A DNA stretch of 63,166 nt, counting the filler, from Perkinsus chesapeaki ATCC PRA-425 (taxonomy: Eukaryota > Protista > Perkinsozoa): the NCBI GenBank assembly GCA_013115145.1. It is 11 parts of 11 records of this genome, joined end to end, with 100 filler letters (N's around TTAATTAATTAA, not from the genome) between each part and the next. Parts side by side here need not be neighbours in the genome. Positions count along the whole stretch, not along the records: positions 35,006 to 54,208 come from JAAPAO010000643.1; positions 54,309 to 57,589 come from JAAPAO010001436.1; positions 57,690 to 58,701 come from JAAPAO010002284.1; 8 more parts are not named here. The stretch is one strand, 5' to 3'. Every line of letters starts with the position of its first letter. The first letter of the stretch is position 1. Positions 45,651 to 57,802 of this stretch are shown here, piece by piece. The position numbers were made by a program, and so were the translations under genes. The notes below the pieces were generated by a model. That model had not been told where the DNA came from, made no database searches, and saw only the letters and a list, made by a program, of their open reading frames with translations.

Positions 45651-46980
45651 ATGGTGTTCCCCCACGCACTCTCTTATACCTTGCTGGTGGTGTTTGAGAG
45701 AATTCTCACATCATCCATCAGCATGAATGCTTTTTATATATCAACTTGGAAGGAAGCCGAGCATCCCCTCACTGATTCGTCATCATTCCTACTTCATGCA
45801 TTGTCATCATCATCGACGCGTCCACCTCGATTGCCTGCAGACGTCGTGTTGTATATTCCACTGCGGACTGGTCTACTTCATGATAGTGACAGCGTTTCTT
45901 GGTCCCTATATAGTCGGTTGAATCTAAGGAATTCTACGAAGTTGATTTTCGAAAATGGTACACAGCGACTTGTTGTTCGTTTCGTTAGATTTGACATTCC
46001 TCTCCAAGACGAGCGGTCTATCGATCAGCTGTATAGTGATCTCGAGGATTCATTGCAGCAGAATTGCGGTCTTGGTTTATCAGAGACTCACTGGGTGAGG
46101 GAGAACCAGAAGATTCGTTGCGATAAGCGGATGTTAGTGTCGGCGCTGTCACCGGTAGGAGTTGATGCAGAAATTAGCACGCACGCGCATGCTTTGTGTC
46201 AGACGGGACATTGTGAGCTGCGCATGTGCACAGTTCCTAAGACGCCTCCCGCGGAGATGGATATCTATTCTGGGGGCGCTCAAGGTTCCAGCATTCGGTT
46301 AAAATCGTTAATACCGCACAGTTTGTCACCGGGAAGGGTTGCGACGCTGACGACCACGTAGGAGTGACGAAGTGAGGAGCGTAGCTGTTATTGGTGGTTG
46401 TTGTTGTTTCAGGCCACTTCGTCGAGGTTTGGATTACTCTGTTGTTTTGGTATCTCAAATGGATTCTGGTAATTCATGTTGGTTATCTGGTAAATCTCTT
46501 CTCATCGACCATAAGCTTGGGGTTATACAATTTGCCCTCAGTGATATGCAAATTAAGAGTTTGCTTAGACGAACTCAAGATGGGTAAGAAGAAAGATCAT
46601 TTGTTAATATTATTATTAAAATCAGATTATTTGATGTTTATCTGGTTGTTGACGGTTCACTTCGCAGTGAGAATCGTCGTACAGTTGTTGTCGTTGATAA
46701 TTCTGGTTTCACCCCAAATGCTCAAACTGGTGATGGAGATGTTAGTGATGGAGATAGCAGTGATTCCTGTGATTCCTCTGATGTTGCCTCCTGGGCAGAG
46801 TTCGATCCTATTCTCTAAATGCACACAGTACACTATTACCGACCTTATCATCATGAATATTCTTACTCCAAGACTACAGTCTGTAGCCATTCCTAAGTCG
46901 CTTGTAAGTTTATATATATCTCCTTCTACCGCAGTAACGGTGATGCCATCGTTACTTAATAATTGGATTAGATTGTAGCC
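45651..46980 (+). CDS. Hypothetical multi-exon protein
   Basis: 236-aa first exon followed by short introns and hydrophobic exons (ORF 46391-46978). Confidence 0.5.
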
Positions 46981-47338
46981 TTCGCCGCCCTTCAGCGGGT
47001 AACTGTCAGTCTCGTTGTGAGCCTGGGGTTATGGTGGTGATGTGATACGTACTAGTCTTTATCAACGACAGTGTTCGAAGATATCGGTGTAAGCCCTGAG
47101 GAGCAAAGACGGGTATTTTACGGCGAAAGGTTCATCGGCTGTCCATTTTCTGTTTTCTCTTCCGTAACTACTACACAGAGGCCCTTCGAAAAGACTAGCG
47201 AGGTTGGATTCTGTAGGGGTTGAAGCGTTTCAAAGGGTGACAATTTGCGCATTGTGTTGGTTACGTACAAGATAGGAACACAAGACAAACTCAGTCAGGA
47301 TCCATATTAAATGCAGACAAAAAAGAACATGAAAATTA

Positions 47339-47905
47339 TTAATACTGAATCTTAAATAGAGGTCCGGCAACATCACGTTTGGCATAGCATTCCTCACACA
47401 AGTACGCCTTGCCGCCGTATTCCTTGCCACAAGGGATCTCCATAATAGCTGTCTTCTTTTTCAAACATTCGGTACAGAAACCCATACCAGAGGATTCGAA
47501 ATGGACAACGGGGTGATTAGTAGGCGTGTAGAACATAGACGGCTTGGAGATCTTCAATTCGTTAACGAGCTCATTGAGGGCCTTCACGACACTCTCCTCG
47601 TTCACAGTCTTCATCATATCAACTGTTCGACCAGTATTTTCACTGAGAAGATTCTCCATCGTAACCTCACCGGAGGACTTCTTGGAAGCAGCTAGATTGA
47701 GTAGAGCCGAACGCATCAGATCAGCTGCAACAATGCGGTCAGCATGAGCACCGCCGACGCTCTCAGCTGCAATGGCACGCAACTTCTTGGACAACTCGGC
47801 GATCTCTTGGGTGGAGGGAGGATCCATCTTGTCGTAGTGGACACCCTCGTAGGCATGGTGACCACCAAGGAACTCACATTCGGCAGAGTTGATCTCGACT
47901 GGCAT
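47339..47905 (-). CDS. Single-exon 188-aa protein with a C-terminal C4 zinc-finger-like motif
   Basis: CTEC…(x23)…CEEC. Clean ATG-TAA ORF. Confidence 0.7.
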   Translation of the reverse strand: MPVEINSAECEFLGGHHAYEGVHYDKMDPPSTQEIAELSKKLRAIAAESVGGAHADRIVAADLMRSALLNLAASKKSSGEVTMENLLSENTGRTVDMMKTVNEESVVKALNELVNELKISKPSMFYTPTNHPVVHFESSGMGFCTECLKKKTAIMEIPCGKEYGGKAYLCEECYAKRDVAGPLFKIQY

Positions 47906-48290
47906 TTCGTAAGAGTTTCAGATGTCGGTGATGAAGCGATACTAGCGTTTCGAGTTCTTATCAGGGAGACAAGTTGAACCACTCTAGCGTGGGCACAAAT
48001 GCGCTCCATTTCGCTGCTGCACCCACAGAAGTGATTCAGGCACGCATCGCTTGTGTGTAAAAAGTGAACTCCTTTATCGCCTGTGAATTGGTCCAAGAAG
48101 GTTCCACGTGGCCTGAAGCATATAGTTGATGAACGCGGCTTATGATAAAGTGCGCATATCGCTGTTAAATCGCGATTCAATTCGAATTCAGGAGCTGGAG
48201 TGTCTTCTAGCTGTACTGTAGGTGTTCCAACTTGGTAACTCAATAACATCAATGCAATCTCATCAAAAAGTTTTCTATCCTGTTGGAACA

Positions 48291-50104
48291 CTAACATTCA
48301 AAGCTTGGAATGCTCGTCAGCAAGTAGATGATCCATACCAGGTCCTACCAGTTGGGCCACCGCGGCACGCTGGGACGGCGCGAGCCGCTTGTACTGAGCC
48401 TTCAAGTCCTGTCAATAGCAAGAATTGAACCTTGACCAATTGAGAGCCTCTTACCTCGAAACATCTCTTCTGATAAGGACCAAAGGCCTCTTTGTGAACG
48501 AAGGTCACACCGTCCTTGAGAGTGAGCTTCACTTCCACTTCCTCTCCTCGGTTACGGACGGCGTTTGCGGCCAAATACGGGAGATACATGGTGTCAACTA
48601 AGTTCAGTATCTAAAGCGCGAGGACCGTAGTTAGTTGGTTCACTATGTTTGTAGTCTGAGACGGGCGTTACCTTTCTCACGGCAGGAGTATCCACGGTTG
48701 CATACTGAAATTCACCCTCCACGACAAGTCCACTGAGGTCATCCATTGCTTGGATCCAGCAGTACACTGAGCTCCGAACACCTTTCGAGTTCGAATCGGA
48801 CGGTAACATACTCACCAGAAGGGAATTGTTCTCGCAAGACATGTCCACCAGTTGAATCGAGCGAGAATTGTTTGAGAATGCCGTACAGGGAGAAATCGGC
48901 GGAAGTGGGGCGATACGAGAATAAGAAACGCACAGCGTCTCCTAATGAGGGAAACGCAACTGACATTAAATGTGTTAGTCTCGGAAAGCCTCTTCTTGAG
49001 AAAACAAGAAGAGAAATGGTGCATGTCTATATGTTGTGTGTGAATTTCCATGCTCTGGAGGTCTTGCGTCACATACACGTGGTTTTACGTGGGTGACTAC
49101 CGCATTCCAAATGCGGGAGCCCAACTGAGCAGAGGGTAGAGGGGAAGTGAAGATTAGTTGAAGAAGGGTGTTTTCTATCCGAGTCTATCTTCCTCCCTTC
49201 TCTCTTTTCCATCTCTCTTTCCCTTTTTTCTTTCCCCCCCTTTCCGGAGCTTTTCCGCACCAAAAACACCCCAAACCAAACCTGAGCCTCACCGAACCTC
49301 AACTGCTCATCCATGGCCTCCATCACTTCATACATAACCCTCTGCCATAACTCGTCGTCCTCACAACCAACCAGTTTTACTCTGCTAACCTGACCAGAAC
49401 CCTGCAGCGGAATGCCGAGATAACCTGGCTCACCTGCCTTTCACGGAACACCGCTGTTAGATTCGCCATGTCACTTGCACTGGGTAGAATTCTTAGCGTG
49501 GGAGAAGTCAACAGCTGGTCAGTGATTATCCATCTGCTCGACCAGTCACGATCAGCCTCAGACGACCTGAGCCGGCATATAGAAGCTGAGCTGGAGGATT
49601 GCCGCTCACCAACGCCGATTAAACATGGCCTTCATGAACCACTCATCGAAGAAATCTTCGAGTAGCTTCACCATAAATCGCTGGGATGCGTCTCGAGGTA
49701 AAACATCTCGACTCCTTGGAAAGCTAGAAAAGCCACACATATCGAATGGGGACGAGCGGTGCACTTACTCTGCGTCCAGCGCTTCAATAATCACGGTGGA
49801 GTCGTTCAAAACTCGGCCGTCTGGCCATTCCAGAATCGGGATCACGCGAGCCTTCAAGGCAGTACGTTGAGGTCGAGCAGTTCTCCGTTACCTTGAGAGA
49901 ACGTATGTTAGGATTCGGATGACTCGGAATTTCCATCGGGTTCAAAATTACCCAATTAAACGGAAGCCGGCGGTATCTGATAGGCTAATTGTGCGCTGAA
50001 TAACTCCCGGATCGCCGGTACCTCATCAATGCTCGCATTTTACAACTGTATGGGCTAGCATTAGACCCGTATAGGGTAAATTGACCAGCACAGGACATAG
50101 GCAT
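48291..50104 (-). CDS. Bacterial-type glutathione S-transferase family protein, multi-exon
   Basis: Spliced: LYGSNASPYSCKMRALMRYRRLPF, VIPILEWPDGRVLNDSTVII, FLFSYRPTSADFSLYG, VYCWIQAM, YLPYLAANA…YQKRCF. Confidence 0.8.
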
Positions 50105-50787
50105 CCTTAAAAGTAAACTGCCCCGTAAGTCAAAGCTCTGCCGGCAAGCAACAGGTGGTATGCATTTTTATCGGTCGCTATTTTTCCTCGCGTTCCGGTT
50201 TGCAAGCCAGTCTACAATCTACTAGATTCAAATGCGAATCAATCGCAGTTGTGAGAGAATTCACCTTGCGAAGTGGAGGCTGTGCTAATTCTGAGCTAAT
50301 AGTGAAACCCCACTGTCGCTTTAGGGAAATCACCCCACCCCGTCAATTCCATATTGGAGGATTCGGGCGTCTGATCATCGGTTCTGTTCCCAACCATGCG
50401 GTATATAACGCAAGGGCAGCCGTTGGATCAATGACTTAGGACAGGGGAAAAGTCTAACTGGCGATTATCATTATAACTACTCTAGAACACTCTAAGGAAT
50501 GATTGCCACGTTCATTGGGGCAACTGAACCGAGGGTTCCAAATGCCTACGCGTACACATGCACGCGCGCACATCTCGCGCCATGGGCGATGCAGCACAAT
50601 AACAAGTAGTGAACCATACCAGACGACAACAGAAAGGCCTCACAACAAGCAGAGAACTGCTTTCTACAACACGCTAAACTAACTAACTAGGGCGTTATCA
50701 ATACGTTCGATCTGATATGTTTACTGTGCCTTATATCTTGCTATTCATCACAAGCTTTAAGTTCGTATGTAATGAATAGTTCATGTC

Positions 50788-51790
50788 GTGCCACAACCGG
50801 TCATCGTGGCATCAGGAAATGTATGGCGAACAGTCTCTGATGATTCCAGCGGCCTACAAGGGGATGGAATAGTCGTCCAAAAATTGCGAATTAAAATACG
50901 ATATAATGCGAGGATGAACAGGAGACAGCAATTATGTGCTCATCAGCCCTACCGTATGTCGAAGACTCTTCCTGTCAATCCAGGAGATATCCTGCTGAGA
51001 ACGAACCAAAAGGTATCTCTAGAACAGCGGCGGTGGTTCTGTAATGCAGTGGGCCCTGCATAATGCAGGCCTAGTAGGCCTGGGCTACTATGCAGGAGGA
51101 ATTTCATTCTTGTTCCAGAGTCGAGAATGCAGGCTGCATTCTCGAATGGAGTAACTACTGAACAGGTACGTCAAATGTTAGAAATTCAGCGGGTTACCTC
51201 ATCTAGTATCGCTAATAGCAATTTGCTAGGATTGTTTTGTTATAGAATGCGAAAGGCTGCAAAAGGCTTCGAGCCCAGGCGTTCCTTTCGCCATGAGTTA
51301 TGGCCCATAACGCTTGCCCACTGATAAAGTATTTCGCTACGAAAGTTCGGCCGATCATCATGGAATCCATAGAATTATGATAATTCAACTATCACCATCC
51401 GAGGACTTCCTTACGGCAATAACGTATTGTGGACAGCTTCTGTCAATCTCGCTCCGCTAAGCGTGATACCAATGATGTTAAGTACCGTCGTTTCACCTGA
51501 CTTCCTACCTACAAGGGACCAGGCCTACTAGATGAGCTTTCGTTGAAGAATGGTAGAGGTAAATCCAAGGAGCAGCAGTTTGCCAAGTGGACGCTCTGTG
51601 AAGTATCTTTATAGTATTTCATGAAGTGCCCAATTCAGGTTCTTTCCACACAGGAACCAATCTATGGTATGGACATCTGCTCGGAGACTCCGACGGAGAG
51701 GCCCACAGTCGCCACCTTTGGATTCGATCACACTGTGAATTACAAAACGAGATAGCAGACAGCGCTAGGAATATTGCTATACTGTTCTAG
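50788..51790 (+). CDS. Hypothetical multi-exon protein
   Basis: Short open exons bounded by GT-AG pairs (ORFs 50788-51063 and 51127-51324). The structure is unresolved. Confidence 0.3.
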
Positions 51791-52661
51791 TATTATGGAA
51801 GTGAATGAGTACAAACATAATAATCATAATTCCTTAAAGGCCACCGATGTAGATGGACAGTGAAGGTGGCTGTGAGGGTTCGAATCGACAAAAATACGCT
51901 TAAGTTTCAACTTCAGAGAAATCTCACAACAGTTCTCTGCGAAATATATAGAAATTGCACTCCAGCCTGTGTCGGCAGGGAGCCCAGAGACCTCGTCTAA
52001 AGGGAGCAGATCCATCAGATTCACCCTAGCGACTAGAATCGAGGAAACGTCGCCTATATTGGTGATAATATTATAGACTCGAGGCATTCACGGAAACGTA
52101 AATGACAAAAAGAAGAGACAACCAAAGAGCATTCAACAAGTTGGCGCAGCGCAAATCGCGCCAGCTGCTGCTAATATAGCTCACGTTCACGGAGCGGTGC
52201 TCCATAAATCACACCGACTCTACAACGTGGATTGGGTGGCGATAGCTGGCGAGAGCGACGGTTCACTTGGCGGTTGCTGGTGGCATGTGTGGTTGCCCAT
52301 CTTAGTCTTACTATATGTGTTAGTGTTAAAAGAAGTAAATGCGTCTACAGATCCTGCTTTACTGTATTTCGGCTTCATTGGCTCAGCATAATCAGACGTG
52401 GCCATTCGACGGGTAGTCGTGGGCATTATTTAGGCATTCTCCCCCCGTACAGGGCGGTAATTCAAGAAGGGCCACCCTAAGTACATCGAACCGCTTTTGT
52501 CACCGTCAACTCTGCCACCTGTTTCGTGGCGTCTCCTTCCATGGCATAATTTGCTGCGATCTCTCACAATGTGAGCAAGAATGAGAGCTTTTGAATGGTG
52601 TGATATTTTAGGCTCTCACTCTCTCGCAATTAAAAACTACAAGGGATAGGCCCTATAATAT

Positions 52662-54208
52662 ATGCCTATATGCCCAGCTTCTCTGTGGATGACAGAGCTT
52701 GGGTTTGCCTGTCGCTGGAAGCTGCTTGTGCAATCTCAGATATCCATCAGGGAGATCCTCGCAACGCTTACGAGGTGGCTGGTACTGGCAAACTGTGGAA
52801 TGTCCGGTGGACCACCTAAAAGTTACGGGATGATTGCTAGCTCATTTATCCTCTGTCTGAGTTGCCTCTATAAGCAGTCTGTCTGCTATACTTCACAGCT
52901 GGTGTGCTCAACACTATACACTTTCAATTAGTGTTTGTATAGTACAGAGTATTCGGCTGGTATTTCAGGTAAAGAAGAAGGTACTTTTTTTCTGCGCACA
53001 ATGAGAAACGATGACTTCTATAATCCAGAGAAGCCGGTAAGCCATACCAAGTCTTTCTGCTGTAAAAGTTCAATATGAACTCGAGTGGAGGCCCCACTGT
53101 GGAGTGTTCATTTGTCCAGCCCCTTACAACTCTCCTAGGTATTGTTCCTGGGGGTTAATTCTGTATCCCCGCTCACACGTCCCCCAAATTACATAGTACA
53201 CGCTGCAAAGGACCTCGGTGCTAGCATCGCTATCGTGGAGCAAAGGTATTCATTCAGCATGCAGAATCCGATTAGGTGTTTGCAAGCCTCTCGATGTTGC
53301 CCGCAGGTATACCGGTACAAGCTTGCCTACAAAGGAGTTCTCAGTGGGAACGCTGAAGAAGTTTTTCACAGTGCCTCAGTCGGTTCAAGATGTGGCCCTT
53401 GTGGGTCAGAATATCAAATCACGTTTACCTGGAATAAGAATAATCCTTTTTGGATGCAGCGCCGGAGGAGTAGCCGATATCCCCTTATTATAAGAATCTT
53501 ACGCATATACGTTGGACGCTTCTTATTTCAGGTAGTTGCAGCGTTGGTTCGAAAGTATTACCCACTCACCTTTGATGGGGCAATTTTGTCTTCAGCTCCA
53601 CTGAAGTTTCAACTGGAGTATCGTGAGTATGACCATGTCGAACGAGCATGCTCATTTTGAGCATATCTTTCATACTCTCTGTCACGTTTATTGACATCGC
53701 TATACTCTGCTTTGTACGGGTAATTTGATCGTGATACTTCTTAAGGTATACCGAGGTCGTGGAAAAGGATTCCTCCAATCGTGGATTGGGAGGGAGTACT
53801 CAGTGTCTCTCAGCGGTGAGAGCACACCACTTTTAAACACTTGCAGTTCTCTGCAGTTGAAGGGAGCGCACTCGACTATTGGCGAGAAGTTAGCCTCACC
53901 GGAAGGGCGTCGACTGCTCGAGAAGACATTTGACATACATGAAGGGGACTTGGAGACTCGCGAAGTCCAGACAACTCTGTGAGCGTTCTGTCAACTTACG
54001 AGCGGTTCATAGGAAAGTTTTTCCTGGTTTAGCACTTTCAATGGTCGACTCGCTCATGTGGTAGTACAATTCAATGACCCGCAATGTAAGGGGGAATATT
54101 GCAACGTGGAGAAGGTATGCAAGAAGCTCACGGAACACGGCTGGCCGTAAGTGGGGCTGACATGGGATCAAATGCGAATAAAATTTTCCTTCGGATATCT
54201 CATCTTTA
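52662..54208 (+). CDS. Serine carboxypeptidase family S28, multi-exon, 3'-truncated by the contig end
   Basis: AKDLGASIAIVEQRY…GTSLPT…FTVPQSVQDVA…ILFGCSAGG (nucleophile elbow)…LVRKYYP..FDGAILSSAP. The start is uncertain. Confidence 0.85.
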
Positions 54209-54559
54209 NNNNNNNNNNNNNNNNNNNNNNNNNNNNNNNNNNNNNNNNNNNNTTAATTAATTAANNNNNNNNNNNNNNNNNNNNNNNNNNNNNNNNNNNN
54301 NNNNNNNNTACGCCACTGGCGTCATGCTAAACACAATTTACCTCGGCAGGAACGTATATCTGTTACTTCGACGTGGTGCTTGAACTGAACGTAATAATGT
54401 TACAGGACGTTCTTGGTACGACTATGAGAAAACTAGTAGTTTTAAACTACTCCACCCTACTGGCAGAGGGCCCTATTCAATGGGTGGTAGTATCACCGTT
54501 GTACGTACACAAAATTACTTGACGTCGGCACAAGCCGGTATCCGTATTTTCTAATACCG

Positions 54560-54830
54560 ATAAAGCATGCAAGTCGCACGATGCGACCAGCATTGCAAAG
54601 CAAAAGAACATTGAAGAATTATGAGAGATTTAATCAGATCAGCTCCGAGTGCTGCTCGCAAAGCACTGAAAGCAATGCTACCAGGCCCATCAGAGACCAA
54701 CCGTCCAAAAGAACGACCGACAAGAAGCATTTTTCCACCGAATTCATAACTTTCCGGTATGGGTTGCAGGTTACGAAGATCCTCGAATTATTCGATAGAT
54801 TGATTACTAGATAAGAGGAGGATATAAGCC
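54560..54830 (-). pseudogene. Degenerate paralog of the 56877-57497 ORF
   Basis: DLRNLQPIPESYEFG…LVSDGP aligns to DLLNFQLIPGNYEFG…LVSDGP. There is an in-frame TAA just upstream. Confidence 0.6.
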
Positions 54831-55341
54831 AGTGAACTTGGATTCTTTCACCTGGCCGCTTCGGTCTCCCTATAGTTCGAACAGGCTTATTGACCCGTCA
54901 ACAGCGGTCTCTAGCACAAGACTCATGACACGAGTACGCTCTCTCGAACGGCAGTTGGCTAGAGTTTACTTATACTGATTGATTCTCCTCAGCTTTTACA
55001 ACAGTTAACGAGTCATTAATAATGACTTCAACTTGCTGAATTCTCTATCTCGTTTACGATTAATAAACTACTAAGATATTCAGCTTTTATTCACGTTACG
55101 TGCATCACGTCGTGGAAACACTGTGAGAATACATAAGGCATGAAGCAGTGATGAGTCGTCCGCGACGAGCCGCGCGAAAATAAGCCGAACCCTGTTATTT
55201 CTGAGACACCTGTTAATTATACTAGACACGTAGCATTATTATTAACTTCAGTTTCTCGTTCAGCGTCAATGAATGTTGGCTGTATAATAATATATCAGAT
55301 GTAGGTGATACTAAGTATCACAGAAGTAGCACATGAGGATC

Positions 55342-56730
55342 GGTGTAGTCCAATTCGTCCACTGCCAACTGGTCCAGTGATCAGCTGGTCCACGAACCAA
55401 CTCATCCAAGGACCATCTCGTACACTGGACGTGATGAGGTACCAATTCGTCCACCGCCGACCAGCACCAACTCATCCAGTACCGATTCGGACACCAATTT
55501 CTACCAATTCGTCCAGTGCCAACTCGTCCACTTTTACACCCGCTCATATTAGCACTATCTTCGCGAGCCGCTCGCGAAGATAGTGCTAATATGAGCGTGC
55601 GCGCTTCGCGCCGACTCCCCCCCTTCTGATGCCTCGTCTTCGGTTCGAGCCTAGCTCCCGCGTGAGAGGCAGACGTATTAACCGCTACACTACATGACTA
55701 CGTATTTTTATGCCGGTCAGGCCTCTCACTACAACAACTAACTCGTCGCGCGCCACACTCCTGAATAACTATATCGCTATGTTTAATGAAAATCGTTCGT
55801 CTTGAGGAGCCTGTCAGTTGATTACTTTCTAATGTTCAACCTATGTTCAATAACTACATCGTTATTTTTAATAAAAATCTTTCGTTATGATGAATATTAT
55901 CTAATATTCAACCTACTATATTGGGTTCCAATAATTGGGACGGTCCCAAATTGGGGCCATTGGGACTCGCAATGCGACCTCATATTTCCTCTGGGTCCTG
56001 CTTTTTATGTACGACATCCTTCGTTTTACTAGATACTGAGTCGGTATATGTAACGAGTCGTCAGCGACGACTGTTCTCGATGATATACCCAACTTTGATC
56101 AACGGTTCGCTAGACTGAGAGGTAGGAAAGCATGCCGTCAATCAACGCAAGATCGCAAGCAGACACAAGCTTGTCTGGGAGAGGCGTAAATAGCCACTTT
56201 CCCCGTGTATGCTGCTAGCATAATGCTGGTATAGCTTGGTCTTGCGAGAGTGTTAGCCTGATTACAGGTAGGTTGTCCCGTGACGGGACTCCCATCCTTG
56301 ATGGCTGCAGTTCTGCCCTGGCATGGTCAAGCCCACAAGAAGTTCCAGACTAAACCAGTCTGAGACTGGCAGTCTCATTGGTTATCGTAAGTTACATGGC
56401 ATAACTTTCGGACTGGTATTCCTCGTACCGATTCACAAGTTTGTGATAGTCAAAACATCGCTGTTTAGTTAACTCTGCGTATTGTTAAGACTGTCAATCT
56501 TGCGTTGGACGGGAAACACCCTGTGGATGATATGGCACTGGACGAGCAGTTGGCGAGCGAAATTGCGGTGGACGAGCCGGCACTGTCTCAGTTGGGCCTA
56601 ATCGCCCCAGCAGTTTCTGGATGAATTGGCAGTGGATGACTTGGTAGTGGACGAATCTGTGGTGTACGAGTTCACCTCATGGACCAGCTGATTACTGGAC
56701 GAGTTGGTACTGGACGAATTCGGATACACC
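55342..56730. mobile_element. Non-autonomous TIR element (MULE/foldback-like) with subterminal tandem repeats
   Basis: TIRs start GGTGTA and match at 44 of the first 51 nt. Both ends carry ~200 bp of CCAAYTCGTCCA-type repeats in inverted orientation. Flanking direct repeats CATGAGGATC / CATAAGGATC. Confidence 0.8.
55541..55597. repeat. Perfect 28-bp-arm palindrome with a 1-nt spacer
   Basis: CGCTCATATTAGCACTATCTTCGCGAGC-C-GCTCGCGAAGATAGTGCTAATATGAGCG. Confidence 0.98.
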
Positions 56731-56876
56731 CATAAGGATCAGACAGACACATTATAACGCCAAACACGACTCTCAATCTCAGCAACGAAGCGAGGGTTGG
56801 AGATTGTTACAGATAAAATAATACCAGTTAAGAATGGATGTATCGAGGGACGAAGCCTACCTGACTGGTAAAGAAA

Positions 56877-57497
56877 TTATTCAGAGGGTGGTATCATACC
56901 ACTGGTATGTGCATTTGGGGCCGGCGAAAGCCTAAATCTGTGTTTTACAATACTAATGAAACATACCACTATAATTGATGAGCAAATGACAGTTAAGCTG
57001 AAGAAAGATGCAAAACTTCCAACCATATCAGCGGCTGCGCCTCTAAGGGCATTGTTCCAGGGCCCATCAGAGACCAACAGCGGAAATCGACGACGACCGA
57101 CAACCAGCACAACATCTCCAAATTCATAATTTCCCGGTATGAGTTGAAAGTTAAGAAGATCCCAAGCGTTATAGATAGACGATAAGATAGCAGTGGGATT
57201 GTTGGGAATCTTCACATCGGTGAAGTTATTAAGTTTATCCCAAGTAGTCGGTAGATAATAATCGTAATACCCGCAGTAGTCGCTATTTTTACTGCGACAC
57301 GTGACAATTTGGTCACTTTCATAACCCGGACAAAGCTCACAAGGGCTACCAGGATCAGATGACTGCAGCATTTGGAAAATATCTACATGGCACCTTGTTT
57401 GTTCATATTCATGGACAACGCGGAACTCTTCGGTTTCACAGCCTTCCCATTCATCTGGTTTAAGCTCTGAACCAACATTATACTTAACAGCAGCCAC
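56877..57497 (-). CDS. Cys-rich hypothetical protein with a C-terminal TM helix (surface-protein-like)
   Basis: 206-aa ORF with six Cys in the N-terminal part and a TM segment FASFFSLTVICSSIIVVCFISIV. The true start is unclear. Confidence 0.6.
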   Translation of the reverse strand: MAAVKYNVGSELKPDEWEGCETEEFRVVHEYEQTRCHVDIFQMLQSSDPGSPCELCPGYESDQIVTCRSKNSDYCGYYDYYLPTTWDKLNNFTDVKIPNNPTAILSSIYNAWDLLNFQLIPGNYEFGDVVLVVGRRRFPLLVSDGPWNNALRGAAADMVGSFASFFSLTVICSSIIVVCFISIVKHRFRLSPAPNAHTSGMIPPSE

Positions 57498-57802
57498 ACG
57501 ATAGGAATCATTAGGTAAGTGTGATGCTATTATTGATGCTATATTATTATGTTTAGTTGTTGTTGATATATTATTATATTTATTAAATANNNNNNNNNNN
57601 NNNNNNNNNNNNNNNNNNNNNNNNNNNNNNNNNTTAATTAATTAANNNNNNNNNNNNNNNNNNNNNNNNNNNNNNNNNNNNNNNNNNNNAGATAGGACTG
57701 AAACTGTCAACTTCGTCAAACACGAATTATAGAGACAGATCACACCCACACGGAGGCCTATCACTTGTAGCCTACAAGTTGTAGGAAAGGTGGGGGGGAA
57801 GG

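Noticed and set aside
47716-48297. 193-aa ORF bridging the GST 3' end and the zinc-finger gene
   Set aside because: It overlaps two better-supported genes in other frames and has no recognisable motif.
55342-55530. Short repeated units resembling a CRISPR array
   Set aside because: The units are degenerate and contiguous with no unique spacers, are mirrored at the far end of a TIR element, and there are no cas genes in a eukaryotic context.
34609-56378. Identical 17-mer GAGACTGGCAGTCTCAT at 34609-34625 and 56362-56378
   Set aside because: A single short self-palindromic match between unrelated contigs with no flanking similarity, most likely chance.
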